Counted from the stretch's first letter, positions 1-8,600 are shown. The stretch: 44,788 nucleotides of DNA from Promethearchaeota archaeon (GCA_004524535.1 SDNY01000012.1:1-44788); one strand, 5' to 3'. Made by a program: numbers and translations. The notes: a model not told the origin generated them from the sequence alone.

Positions 1-576
1 CCTGGCAGTAAAGCAACCCAGCTAGGACAAATTATGAAAAATAAAGGAAAATTAATTTTAATTGAAAAAAATAAAAATAGAATTCCTGCTTTAGAACTTA
101 ATATTAGAAGAATGGGAATTACTAATTCAATAGTCGTAAATATTGATGCAATTAATATTGAAAAATTAAAGATTAAACCAGATAAAATCTTATTAGATGC
201 TCCTTGTACAGGAGAAGGCTTAGTAAGACAAGATATTAGCAGAAAAAAAAGTAAGAGTTTAAATGATATAAAAAAAATGGCAAATGTTCAAAAAAAACTA
301 TTAATAGCTGGTCTAAAGATCTTAAAGCCTAATGGTCAATTATTATATAGCACGTGCTCAATTGGTCCAGAAGAAAATGAACTTATAGTTAACCACGTAC
401 TTAAAAATAATTCAAACTTTTCTATCGCTAAAATTCCCAATCAATATGGAGTCAATGGTCTTACTAAAGTTTATGGAAATGTTCTAATGAATGAATTACA
501 ATTTTCTCAAAGATTATACCCTCACATTCACGATACCATAGGATTCTATTTCTGCGTGATTAAAAAATTGGAATAA
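1..576 (+). CDS. RsmB/NOP2 (NSUN) family RNA cytosine-C5 methyltransferase, 5' truncated by window edge
   Basis: Frame is open from base 1 (PGSKATQ, motif I remnant); has ILLDAPCTGEG (motif IV) and YSTCSIGPEENE (motif VI) with both catalytic Cys. Confidence 0.93.
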   Translation, partial: PGSKATQLGQIMKNKGKLILIEKNKNRIPALELNIRRMGITNSIVVNIDAINIEKLKIKPDKILLDAPCTGEGLVRQDISRKKSKSLNDIKKMANVQKKLLIAGLKILKPNGQLLYSTCSIGPEENELIVNHVLKNNSNFSIAKIPNQYGVNGLTKVYGNVLMNELQFSQRLYPHIHDTIGFYFCVIKKLE

Positions 577-602
577 AAAAAGTATCTTAATTATATTTTT
601 CT

Positions 603-1184
603 TTATTGTTCTCTCCTTAGATAATAACCTTTATCGTTTAAATTTAAGGCAATCAAATCAGTGATATTGAGATTTTGGCTTGTTTTATAATCGATTTGAG
701 ATCGGGCTATGGCAATTAACTCATTTAATCTGTTAAAAACTAATAAAAACTCTTTTTTTCCTAAATTAGAGGATATCTTTATTATCATTTTCTTTAAAAT
801 TTTATTTCCATATAGAATAGCTTTTTCTCCGTCATCATTTACTTGTATTTGATCTTTCTCAGAAAAGCAGTTTAGATTATTTAAAAACTCGGCACCCTCT
901 AAACTTAGGAAGAATTGATTCCTTTTTATAAAACCAAAATATAATCCTGCTGAATCGACGTTTCTATTAAACTCTATAGTATCTAAGAATTCCCTTAAAT
1001 TATTAGGAACTAAGAAAATAGAAGGAAATTTGTTTTTTGAGCTTAAATCCTTAAGTAAAATAAATAATTTAAATTCAACTTTACCCAAAATTTGTAAGAT
1101 ATTAGTAGAAATCTTTGAAAGAGAATTAATAATTATCTTTTTTTCAGTATCATTGACAATTCTAAAGTTTTTTAGATTTTTCAT
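603..1184 (-). CDS. NIP7-like ribosome biogenesis protein (PUA domain)
   Basis: SAGLYFGFIK...FFLSLEGA, then a PUA-like half (EKAILYGNKI...LVFNRLNELIAIA) ending DKGYYLRRE, which matches the NIP7 C-terminus. Confidence 0.8.
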   Translation of the reverse strand: MKNLKNFRIVNDTEKKIIINSLSKISTNILQILGKVEFKLFILLKDLSSKNKFPSIFLVPNNLREFLDTIEFNRNVDSAGLYFGFIKRNQFFLSLEGAEFLNNLNCFSEKDQIQVNDDGEKAILYGNKILKKMIIKISSNLGKKEFLLVFNRLNELIAIARSQIDYKTSQNLNITDLIALNLNDKGYYLRREQ

Positions 1185-1268
1185 AATTGATTATAATTGA
1201 ATAAATAGAAAAGAGATATTTGTTATATATTAATCACTAAAATTATTAAAAAATATGGAATAAAAAAT

Positions 1269-1985
1269 ATGGGCATTCGCAAAATCGAAGATGAGATTGA
1301 TTTAAAAGAAGCAATGAAAAAAAAAGCTGCCGAATTGAAAATAAAGGAAATCAAAGCTAAAGCTTCTGTGGAAAATCTCACCAAGGAAAGACTCAGTGAA
1401 TTAGCTAAAAGACATGGTGTAATTTTGGCATTAAATCCGAAATTAAAAGGAGAAGTTAAAAGATTACAGGAAAAATATAACATTGCATCATCTAAAATAA
1501 TAACAGAACAAATTTATGAATCTGACGTAATGAAGACCAAATCTAAAAAAATCGACTTTGAAAAGCTGGGGTTGCTTGCTTATCAACGAGTATTAATGCG
1601 TAAAGAGGAGACAGGAGGGATAATGCCAATATCTGAAGTTTTCGAAACAATAAATACAGGAATTTTAAAAGGAAATGTTGAGATCAAAGATCTAATAAAG
1701 GCAATGAACCTTTTGAAAAAAATGAAAGTCATTGATGATGTAAAAGAATTAGATTCAGGCGCTACAATAATTCATTTTTTTCCAGTTCAATATACTGGCG
1801 ATGAGGCAAAAGTTATTGAATTAGCAAAAGAAAATGATTATCTTTCAATTGAAACGGTATGCACTGCATTCAAGTGGTCTCAAGCGCGAGCCTTAAAAGT
1901 TTTAAACTCGCTCGAAAACACAGGTATAGCAAAATTTAGAGAATCTTTGTTGACAGGTAAACAATGGTTTTTCCCATCAATATAA
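1269..1985 (+). CDS. ESCRT-II EAP30-domain protein (Vps22/Vps36-like)
   Basis: N-terminal MGIRKI plus coiled coil, ETGGIMPISEV, and tandem winged-helix C-terminus (WSQARALKVLNSLENTGIA...WFFPS); adjacent to Vps25- and Vps4-like genes. Confidence 0.85.
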   Translation: MGIRKIEDEIDLKEAMKKKAAELKIKEIKAKASVENLTKERLSELAKRHGVILALNPKLKGEVKRLQEKYNIASSKIITEQIYESDVMKTKSKKIDFEKLGLLAYQRVLMRKEETGGIMPISEVFETINTGILKGNVEIKDLIKAMNLLKKMKVIDDVKELDSGATIIHFFPVQYTGDEAKVIELAKENDYLSIETVCTAFKWSQARALKVLNSLENTGIAKFRESLLTGKQWFFPSI

Positions 1986-1991
1986 AAGAAT

Positions 1992-2876
1992 TTATTCAAG
2001 CTTTATTTTAAAAGCAATTTGCCCATCTTCCGTTTTAATAATAGAACCTCTATTGTCTTTAGATAAAATTCTAAATACTTCTTCTAAATCATCTTTTGGA
2101 AGAGAATTTAGTCCTATTTGAGCTGATTCTCTTATCTCATATATTAAAATTGGACCAACCTTACCGGAATCAATCGCCCAATCATATAAGTCATCAGCCC
2201 AAACTTCAAGAGTTTTCCAATAAACTCTTATTTTGTCTTGTTTTTTTGATATAAATTTAGCAAGTTCTTGATTTACTAATTCTTCAGCAATTTCTTTAAT
2301 TGCTTCTTGACGATTTTGAAAATTTGAAAATGGTTTTTCAGAGATTACCTCTCTCAAATATATAATATGAAGTATGGCATATTTGGCGTAATCAAATGTA
2401 ACTTTTGACCACTCGAGTTTCCAGGATTCATAATCATTTGGATTTTTCTTTTTATTTGGGATAGAGTACATAAATTCATACTTCTGTTCTTCAAGCCATG
2501 GGTATTCATTTAATAATTCTTCATAAGGGCTTAATTCCTTCTCGATAACACCTGTTTCACCTATGATCTCCTCTTCAAGAGCTTGGAGTTGTTCCTCTAT
2601 ATAACCAGCATGTTGTTCATAAGTTCGTTGATCAATATCTTCAAATTGCTTAAGTAGAGCTTTGTCAATCTCATTTAGTTTACTTTCTATAACATCTACT
2701 TTAGCTTCGTATTGAGCCTCAGATTGAATTTCTTCGTTTTCGGTGGAGGTGGAAGCTACAATTTCTTGTTTGGCGTCTTCTTTTTGCCTCTTTAATTCTC
2801 TTAATCTCGCAAGCTCTTTTCTAAGTGTTTCAAGCTCAGTTTCTTTAAGTTCTTCCCTAGGTTTCTCTCTTTCCAT
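1992..2876 (-). CDS. ESCRT-II Vps25-like protein with long acidic N-terminal coiled coil
   Basis: C-terminal half has Vps25-like features (WKLEWSKV, VYWKTLEVWADDLYDWAIDSG, IYEI, AFKI); lies 6 nt downstream of vps4 on the same strand. Confidence 0.8.
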   Translation of the reverse strand: MEREKPREELKETELETLRKELARLRELKRQKEDAKQEIVASTSTENEEIQSEAQYEAKVDVIESKLNEIDKALLKQFEDIDQRTYEQHAGYIEEQLQALEEEIIGETGVIEKELSPYEELLNEYPWLEEQKYEFMYSIPNKKKNPNDYESWKLEWSKVTFDYAKYAILHIIYLREVISEKPFSNFQNRQEAIKEIAEELVNQELAKFISKKQDKIRVYWKTLEVWADDLYDWAIDSGKVGPILIYEIRESAQIGLNSLPKDDLEEVFRILSKDNRGSIIKTEDGQIAFKIKLE

Positions 2877-2882
2877 TTTTAA

Positions 2883-4097
2883 TTATTCTCCAAATTCTTC
2901 CTTCCAATCATCATACTGTTTTAAAGCGGAGTCTGTTGTCATGGGTTTTACTTTTTTAATTGAATTTTTAAAATCATTCAAATTAATATTTCTAACCTTT
3001 ATTTCTTGATCTGATTTTTCTAATAATCCGCCCATGTCTAATTCTCGAATTGGGAGCATTATTACTTCACGACATACATTTGCAATATCTCTCCCAGAAT
3101 AACCTTCGGTTCTTGCTCCTAACTCTATGAAATCCTCGTCATCCAAAGAGGATTCTATTCCAGCGGTGTGAATCTTGAATATTGCTGCTCTTGCTGGTAA
3201 ATCTGGAAGAGGAACATATACTTTCTTTTCAAATCTAGATAACATAGCATTATCAAGGTCCCAAGGTCGATTTGTTGCTCCTAATACAAGTAGAGGTTTG
3301 TCGTGACTTGTTTTTAAACCTTGAATTTCGCTTAAAAGTTGTGTTTTTACACGTCTTTCACCACCACTTTCGGTGCCCTCACCTCTTTTAGTAGCGATTG
3401 AATCTATTTCATCCATAAAAATTAAACTTGGAGCTTTCAATCTTGCGACTTTAAATAACGCTCCAATCAATTTTTCGCTTTCTCCTAACCATTTGCTCAG
3501 TAAATCTGCTGAAGATGCGCTAAAAAAAGTTGCGTTGCATTCAGTTGCGGCAGCTTTAGCAAGAAGAGTTTTCCCACATCCAGGGGGTCCAAATAATAAA
3601 ATTCCAGCCCATGGTTTCCTAGCTCCAGTAAACAATTCGGGTTTTATCATTGGTAATACAATGGCTTCTCTTAAAGATTGTTTGCAATTTTCCAATCCTG
3701 CTATTTCTATCCATCGTACATTAGGAGATTCTGTAACTATAGTTCCTGAAATCATATCAAGTAGCTCTTGTTCTTCTTCACTGACACCTTCTTCTTTTGC
3801 TTCAGATTTATCAGCAGCAGATCCAAAAGTGCCTGTTGACGCAGTTCCTCTACGTGTTGACTTTCCACTTACTTTTAATCTTAATATTTTTGCTCTGCTA
3901 ATATAATCTTCAGCACTCTTTTGAACATTTTGCCGCATTATTGGATTTTTGTTAAATCTTAAGAATTGTATTAAGATTTCTGCTGCTCGTTCGTATTTAT
4001 TAATCGCCTGATGAAATTTACCAGCGTTCTCAAATGTTATTGCTTGATTCGCTTCTTGTTTTGCATATAGTAATAATTTTGAATCACTTGAACTCAT
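2883..4097 (-). CDS. vps4: Vps4 AAA+ ATPase with N-terminal MIT domain
   Basis: MIT-like three-helix N-terminus, Walker A GPPGCGKT, pore loop SKWLGESEK, Walker B IFMDEID, SRH ATNRPWDLD..SRF, C-terminal WKEEFG. Confidence 0.93.
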   Translation of the reverse strand: MSSSDSKLLLYAKQEANQAITFENAGKFHQAINKYERAAEILIQFLRFNKNPIMRQNVQKSAEDYISRAKILRLKVSGKSTRRGTASTGTFGSAADKSEAKEEGVSEEEQELLDMISGTIVTESPNVRWIEIAGLENCKQSLREAIVLPMIKPELFTGARKPWAGILLFGPPGCGKTLLAKAAATECNATFFSASSADLLSKWLGESEKLIGALFKVARLKAPSLIFMDEIDSIATKRGEGTESGGERRVKTQLLSEIQGLKTSHDKPLLVLGATNRPWDLDNAMLSRFEKKVYVPLPDLPARAAIFKIHTAGIESSLDDEDFIELGARTEGYSGRDIANVCREVIMLPIRELDMGGLLEKSDQEIKVRNINLNDFKNSIKKVKPMTTDSALKQYDDWKEEFGE

Positions 4098-4341
4098 TCA
4101 ATTAAACCTTTTTTATTGCTAATTTTTCTATTGTTAATATAGCATTTTTGATATATATACCTAATCTAATTTGAATATTAGTACTAATATATCCTTTCGA
4201 TTAATTCGATATAATTTAAGTATGAAATATTGGACCCCAGAAATAATTATAATATAAAGTTTATACTATAATATTATATTAAAAAATTTTTATTAAATAT
4301 TATAAAAATAAATTAAAAATTATTTATGGTGATCAAAAAAA

Positions 4342-4980
4342 TTGGGACTACTTTCAGACTTAAGCAGATGGTTATCTGGAGGACGAGGGCGAGGCAAACG
4401 GGATAATATTCGTTCTGCCAGTATTAAATTAAAAATATTTAACAAAAGATTGATGAGACAATCAAAAAAATTAGAAATGAGTGCGAAACTAGCAAGAGAA
4501 AAAGCAATTAGATTGAGACGCGAAGGGGATCTGCAAGGTTCCAAATTCCACGCAAGGAATTATCTCCAAGTTAACAATCAAGCACGAGCTGTCGATCACT
4601 TTCGTACGAATATAGAAAGTTTACAATTTAAATTAGACAACGCAAGTGCGATTAAAGATGTTGCGGGAATTTTCAAAGGCATTGCCCAATCTGTAGCTGG
4701 ATTAAAAAGAAATCTCTCGATTCCACAGATCACTGAATTGATGAAAGATATCAACATGGATATAGAAGATTTTGAAGTTACACAGGAAATTACTACAGAC
4801 GCAATGACGGATATGTCTATGGACACGGCAGTTACTGATGAGACCGTAGATTCCTTCTTGGCGGAAGTTGACGCAGAAATTGGAATAGAAACAGGCGTAG
4901 CTTTACCTACTACTGCCGGAGGTAACCAAAAAATAAAGGACCTTGAAGAAGAGCTAAATCGCCTTAAATCTAACGAATAA
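4342..4980 (+). CDS. ESCRT-III subunit (Vps2/24/46, CHMP1-3-like Snf7 family)
   Basis: TTG start; basic helical N-half, acidic C-half and MIM1-like tail DLEEELNRLK; divergent from vps4. Confidence 0.88.
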   Translation: MGLLSDLSRWLSGGRGRGKRDNIRSASIKLKIFNKRLMRQSKKLEMSAKLAREKAIRLRREGDLQGSKFHARNYLQVNNQARAVDHFRTNIESLQFKLDNASAIKDVAGIFKGIAQSVAGLKRNLSIPQITELMKDINMDIEDFEVTQEITTDAMTDMSMDTAVTDETVDSFLAEVDAEIGIETGVALPTTAGGNQKIKDLEEELNRLKSNE

Positions 4981-5110
4981 TTTTATAATAGAATTCTTCT
5001 TTGTTTTACCCTTACTTTTGTTAAAAACTAAGTAAACTTTTTAAGATAAAAGTTTATTTTTAAATTATTTACTAACTTATAGTACAAAATCATTTTAGAA
5101 GTGAGTAACT

Positions 5111-6118
5111 TTGAATCCAGAATTAATTACAATCGGCAGCTGTACCCTTGATGTTATCATAGAGATAGATGACATATTACGTTTTGAATTATTCGATAAA
5201 GATATAATAAAAAAATATACCGCTATTGAATATTCTCGAAAGTTGAATGTTAAAAGTGTAAGATTCGTACCAGGAGGGTCAGGCTCAAATATAGCAGCAA
5301 ACTGTTCAATGTTAGGATTAAATGCATGTTATATTGGAATTTTAGGAAATGACTTCTCTGCCACAATATGTTTAGACGATTTAAGGAAGAGAGCGGTAGA
5401 TTTATCTCAAGTAGTTCAAACTGATAAGGATTCTACTGCTTTATCAGTAATTTTAAAAACTCCTTGGGGTAAAGATCGAAGTATTCTAGCATATAAGGGT
5501 GCGAACAATTTATTAAAACCGTCTGATGTTAAACCAGAATTATTTGGTGAGGTTAAGGCTTTTGCATGGACTTCTTTAACATCCGATACTGGTTGTCAAG
5601 CAATAGAAAAAGCAATAAAACTTACAAAAGATCATGGCGGAAAGATTTTTGCGGCACCAAGTATGTCAATTATTAAAAATGCTACTAATTGGGCAAAAAC
5701 ATTAATTTCCCAATCGGATGTGGTATCAATGAATATGGAAGAAGCTCAAGAATTCACGGGAAAAAAGAAAAAAACTTTAATGATAAAAGATTTTATAGAT
5801 ATGGGTGTTAAGTTAATTTCTATAACGGATGGTCCAAATGGGAGCATAATCTCTGATGGTGATACAATTATAAACAGCAGCATCTACACGGGTGATGTAA
5901 ATGATACAACTGGAGCAGGAGATGCCTTCCTTAGTGGAATTCTAGTCTCTATTCTGAATAATTTTAGTTTAGAAAAAATATCTAAATTGGCTACTGCTAT
6001 GTCCTTTTTGGAGTGCAAGGAGATTGGTGTTAGAGAAGGACTCCCTAAGAGTCTACAAGAATTAGAAACTTTTGTAGATACAAATACCCTTAACCAAGTT
6101 ATTTCTAAAGTAGTTTAA
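5111..6118 (+). CDS. PfkB/ribokinase family carbohydrate kinase
   Basis: PGGSGSNIA N-terminal signature, NMEEA, and DTTGAGDAF C-terminal signature. Confidence 0.92.
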   Translation: MNPELITIGSCTLDVIIEIDDILRFELFDKDIIKKYTAIEYSRKLNVKSVRFVPGGSGSNIAANCSMLGLNACYIGILGNDFSATICLDDLRKRAVDLSQVVQTDKDSTALSVILKTPWGKDRSILAYKGANNLLKPSDVKPELFGEVKAFAWTSLTSDTGCQAIEKAIKLTKDHGGKIFAAPSMSIIKNATNWAKTLISQSDVVSMNMEEAQEFTGKKKKTLMIKDFIDMGVKLISITDGPNGSIISDGDTIINSSIYTGDVNDTTGAGDAFLSGILVSILNNFSLEKISKLATAMSFLECKEIGVREGLPKSLQELETFVDTNTLNQVISKVV

Positions 6119-6173
6119 ACCTTATAAACATCAAATTTTAATTTCTTGGATTACTCACTATAATATCTAAAAA

Positions 6174-6305
6174 GCGCTCTTAGTATAGTGGTAAGTATAC
6201 CAGGTTGCCAAATTGCTGAGATTTTCTCAGAATGTTAATACCTGGTGACCCGGGAAGCCATCTCTAATTCAAAGAGGCTCGGGAATTCAATCCCCGGAGG
6301 GCGCA
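6174..6305 (+). tRNA. tRNA-Gly(GCC) with two introns (6211-6239 at 37/38; 6255-6285 at 53/54)
   Basis: Acceptor GCGCTCT/AGGGCGC+A; anticodon arm CCAGG-TTGCCA^A-CCTGG; T arm CCGGG^TTCAATC-CCCGG; both insertions fold as bulge-helix-bulge motifs. Confidence 0.9.
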
Positions 6306-6350
6306 TACTTATTTTCTTAAGTTTTTAACACATCTGATAAATTACTTAAA

Positions 6351-7199
6351 TTAAATAAGTTTTAGGAAACCCGAAGCATCCGAAGTTTCACTAACATTAA
6401 CTTCAAAATAATATTTTAAAATATTAATTATAAAATTTAAGTAGGTTTTCTGTAATTTGAGATTAAACTTTTCTATTAGAAAATCAACGATTATCTTTAC
6501 ATCGAGTTTTTCAATTTGTTGTTCATTAGCATAATCTACAATGGATTTTGACAATTGATGTGATTTACGAATCTCGTTTTTTAACATAATATAGCTATAG
6601 GATAAATCATGCTCGGATAAAAAACTTTGAATAAAATATTTCTCCACCTTTAGTTTTTTATCATCTATAATCTTCTCAATATTATTTAGAATTTTATTAC
6701 CCTCGAATACCATGCAATCTTGATATTCTTTTTTATTTTTTTTGTAATCTTGGTTATTTACAATTTCAATTTCAGCTTTAAAAGCATCTCGAGTAATATA
6801 ATTAAAAAAATTGTGAATATGTTCATATAAAAATTCTTGATCGGAGACTAGTACAATTTTTTGCTTAGAGAAAATTGATTTGAGAACATAAGTAAGCAAT
6901 AATGCAGATAAATTAAGTTTAATTAAATCTAAATTAATTACTTCCTTAGAGGGAATTTTTTTCTCTTCAATTTCTTCAGACGGAGCGATATCTGGCAGGT
7001 CAATTTTAAAGTCAGCAATAAAATAATCCCTTACTTTAAGATTTCTATCAACATAAGCGATAAAAGTATGTTCGCATATTGTACCCTCTGGAATATTGAT
7101 CGCCAGTAGCCCCTTAGAAACATTTTTTAAATAATCTTCTGAAATTTCTATTTCTCCATTTGCGGAGCATGATGGACAACGTATTTTAACATGAGACAT
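6351..7199 (-). CDS. Hypothetical protein: N-terminal Zn-ribbon-like domain (CPxC...CxH) plus possible DENN-like core
   Basis: CPSC...CEHTFIAYVDRNLKVR, then LKSIFSKQKIVLVSD resembling the start of a DENN core (by eye only). Confidence 0.55.
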   Translation of the reverse strand: MSHVKIRCPSCSANGEIEISEDYLKNVSKGLLAINIPEGTICEHTFIAYVDRNLKVRDYFIADFKIDLPDIAPSEEIEEKKIPSKEVINLDLIKLNLSALLLTYVLKSIFSKQKIVLVSDQEFLYEHIHNFFNYITRDAFKAEIEIVNNQDYKKNKKEYQDCMVFEGNKILNNIEKIIDDKKLKVEKYFIQSFLSEHDLSYSYIMLKNEIRKSHQLSKSIVDYANEQQIEKLDVKIIVDFLIEKFNLKLQKTYLNFIINILKYYFEVNVSETSDASGFLKLI

Positions 7200-7377
7200 G
7201 ATTATTCAAATTGAGTATTTAATAATGAAATTCAATTAATTTTAAATGTTATAAGATAAATATGATAATTTGATAAAATAACAATATTTTTTATATTTAT
7301 ATCTAATGAAATATAAATCCTTTTTTTAACAATTTTGAGAATGAAATATAAGGATTCTAAATCTTAATTAATGCTGT

Positions 7378-7857
7378 CTAATATCTTTGAATTTTTGCAT
7401 AGTGTCTTTCGATTATATTTGCAATAAAGATGCATGCAATAGCCCCCAAGACTTCAGCTATAACAAATGAATAAATATTGTTAAACCATATAATACTAAT
7501 AAAATAAGAAGGAAAGAAAAAAACGCTAAAAATCGCGAAAATAATTAATAGTGGTCTTACAACAGGAGCTTCGAGGAGCTTTCTAAATCTAACTTTTTCA
7601 ATTATCCTTTTAGCAAATCCACGTTTAATTTTCCTACTTCGTTGCACTTGGGCATAACTTTCATATATAATTATAGAGCAGTAAAATAATGCGAATATAA
7701 CCCCTATTGGGATTAAAATAATTACAAGATAATTTCCTATACTTAGAAAATATTGTGCAATAAAAATATAAAAAGCTTGAAAAATTGCACAGAGACCAAA
7801 GAGCATTAAAGCTATGCCAAAATATTCACGCTTAACCCATCGAATTTTTAAAGGCAT
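7378..7857 (-). CDS. Hypothetical integral membrane protein (about 4 TM)
   Basis: Two pairs of hydrophobic helices separated by a basic loop; immediately downstream of tRNA-Val. Confidence 0.7.
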   Translation of the reverse strand: MPLKIRWVKREYFGIALMLFGLCAIFQAFYIFIAQYFLSIGNYLVIILIPIGVIFALFYCSIIIYESYAQVQRSRKIKRGFAKRIIEKVRFRKLLEAPVVRPLLIIFAIFSVFFFPSYFISIIWFNNIYSFVIAEVLGAIACIFIANIIERHYAKIQRY

Positions 7858-7895
7858 TTCTTCATTATCCTGAGTTAATTATTATTGTATTTAAA

Positions 7896-7969
7896 TGGGC
7901 GCGGCGAGGTTTGAACTCGCGACCTTCCGCACGTCAAGCGGACGTCATACCGGGCTAGACCACGCGCCC
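7896..7969 (-). tRNA. tRNA-Val(GAC), intronless
   Basis: Reverse complement GGGCGCG...TCCGC-TTGACGT-GCGGA...GCGAG-TTCAAAC-CTCGC-CGCGCCC-A folds into a full cloverleaf; CCA not encoded. Confidence 0.95.
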
Positions 7970-8276
7970 AAAATTAAAAAATTATTCTTAAACTCTAATA
8001 TCTCTTTAAGATGTATGTGAATAATATTACTATAAAAGAATTATTCTCTAAATATTAAATTTATTGATTGTAAATCATATTTTCAGAAAATAACCTCTTA
8101 TATGATTCATATAATCTCCTTTCTTAAAATGCGATTTCTATAAAATTTTTATCTTAAAAATGTATATAATAGAATTATAACATTTTATATAGTAAAAATT
8201 CCCAATTTATATTAAAATAAAAAAAAGGATTGGTGTTTTTATAATTTCCAAATCGGAACTTACTAAAAAAAAAAAC

Positions 8277-8534
8277 ATGAAAAAGGCTATTATAATAATT
8301 GCCGTTGTTGCTCTTTTAACGACTTTTTCAATAACGATAATTATTATTTATTTAAATAGTCAGTATTATGAAGGTGATGGCAAAGATTCAGATGACGATG
8401 ACAATAGCGCAGATGCCAGTGATTCTGGAGGAGGAGGCTGAGGATGTATTATCTTTAAGCAAGGCTTCTCAAGTTATAACCTCAATAAAATATACGGCAT
8501 TAAATTAATACAAATCCAATACCAAGTATTTTAA
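8277..8534 (+). CDS. Candidate small membrane-anchored selenoprotein (85 aa if TGA 8439-8441 is Sec; 54 aa if it is a stop)
   Basis: MKKAIIIIAVVALLTTFSITIIIIYLNSQYYEGDGKDSDDDDNSADASDSGGGG(TGA)GCIIFKQGFSSYNLNKIYGIKLIQIQYQVF*; SECIS-like hairpin just downstream; absent from the ORF track. Confidence 0.68.
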
Positions 8535-8563
8535 AAGAATAACCAAAAATCGCCCCGAATTGA

Positions 8564-8600
8564 ATGATTCTTACGAGAAAAAATGGAGTCGTAAGAGGAC
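8564..8600 (+). promoter_or_regulatory. Eukaryote-type SECIS-like element (3' UTR)
   Basis: ATGA-T-TCTTACGA-[GAAAAAATGGAG]-TCGTAAGA-G-GA-C: UGAN/NGAN tandem G.A core, perfect 8-bp stem, apical A-run. Confidence 0.72.

Noticed and set aside
8277-8441. Reading the ORF as a 54-aa protein ending in GG, i.e. a ubiquitin-like or sulfur-carrier modifier
   Set aside because: No beta-grasp domain, only a TM helix and a disordered linker. The downstream Cys, open frame and SECIS-like hairpin favour read-through, though a plain stop is not excluded.
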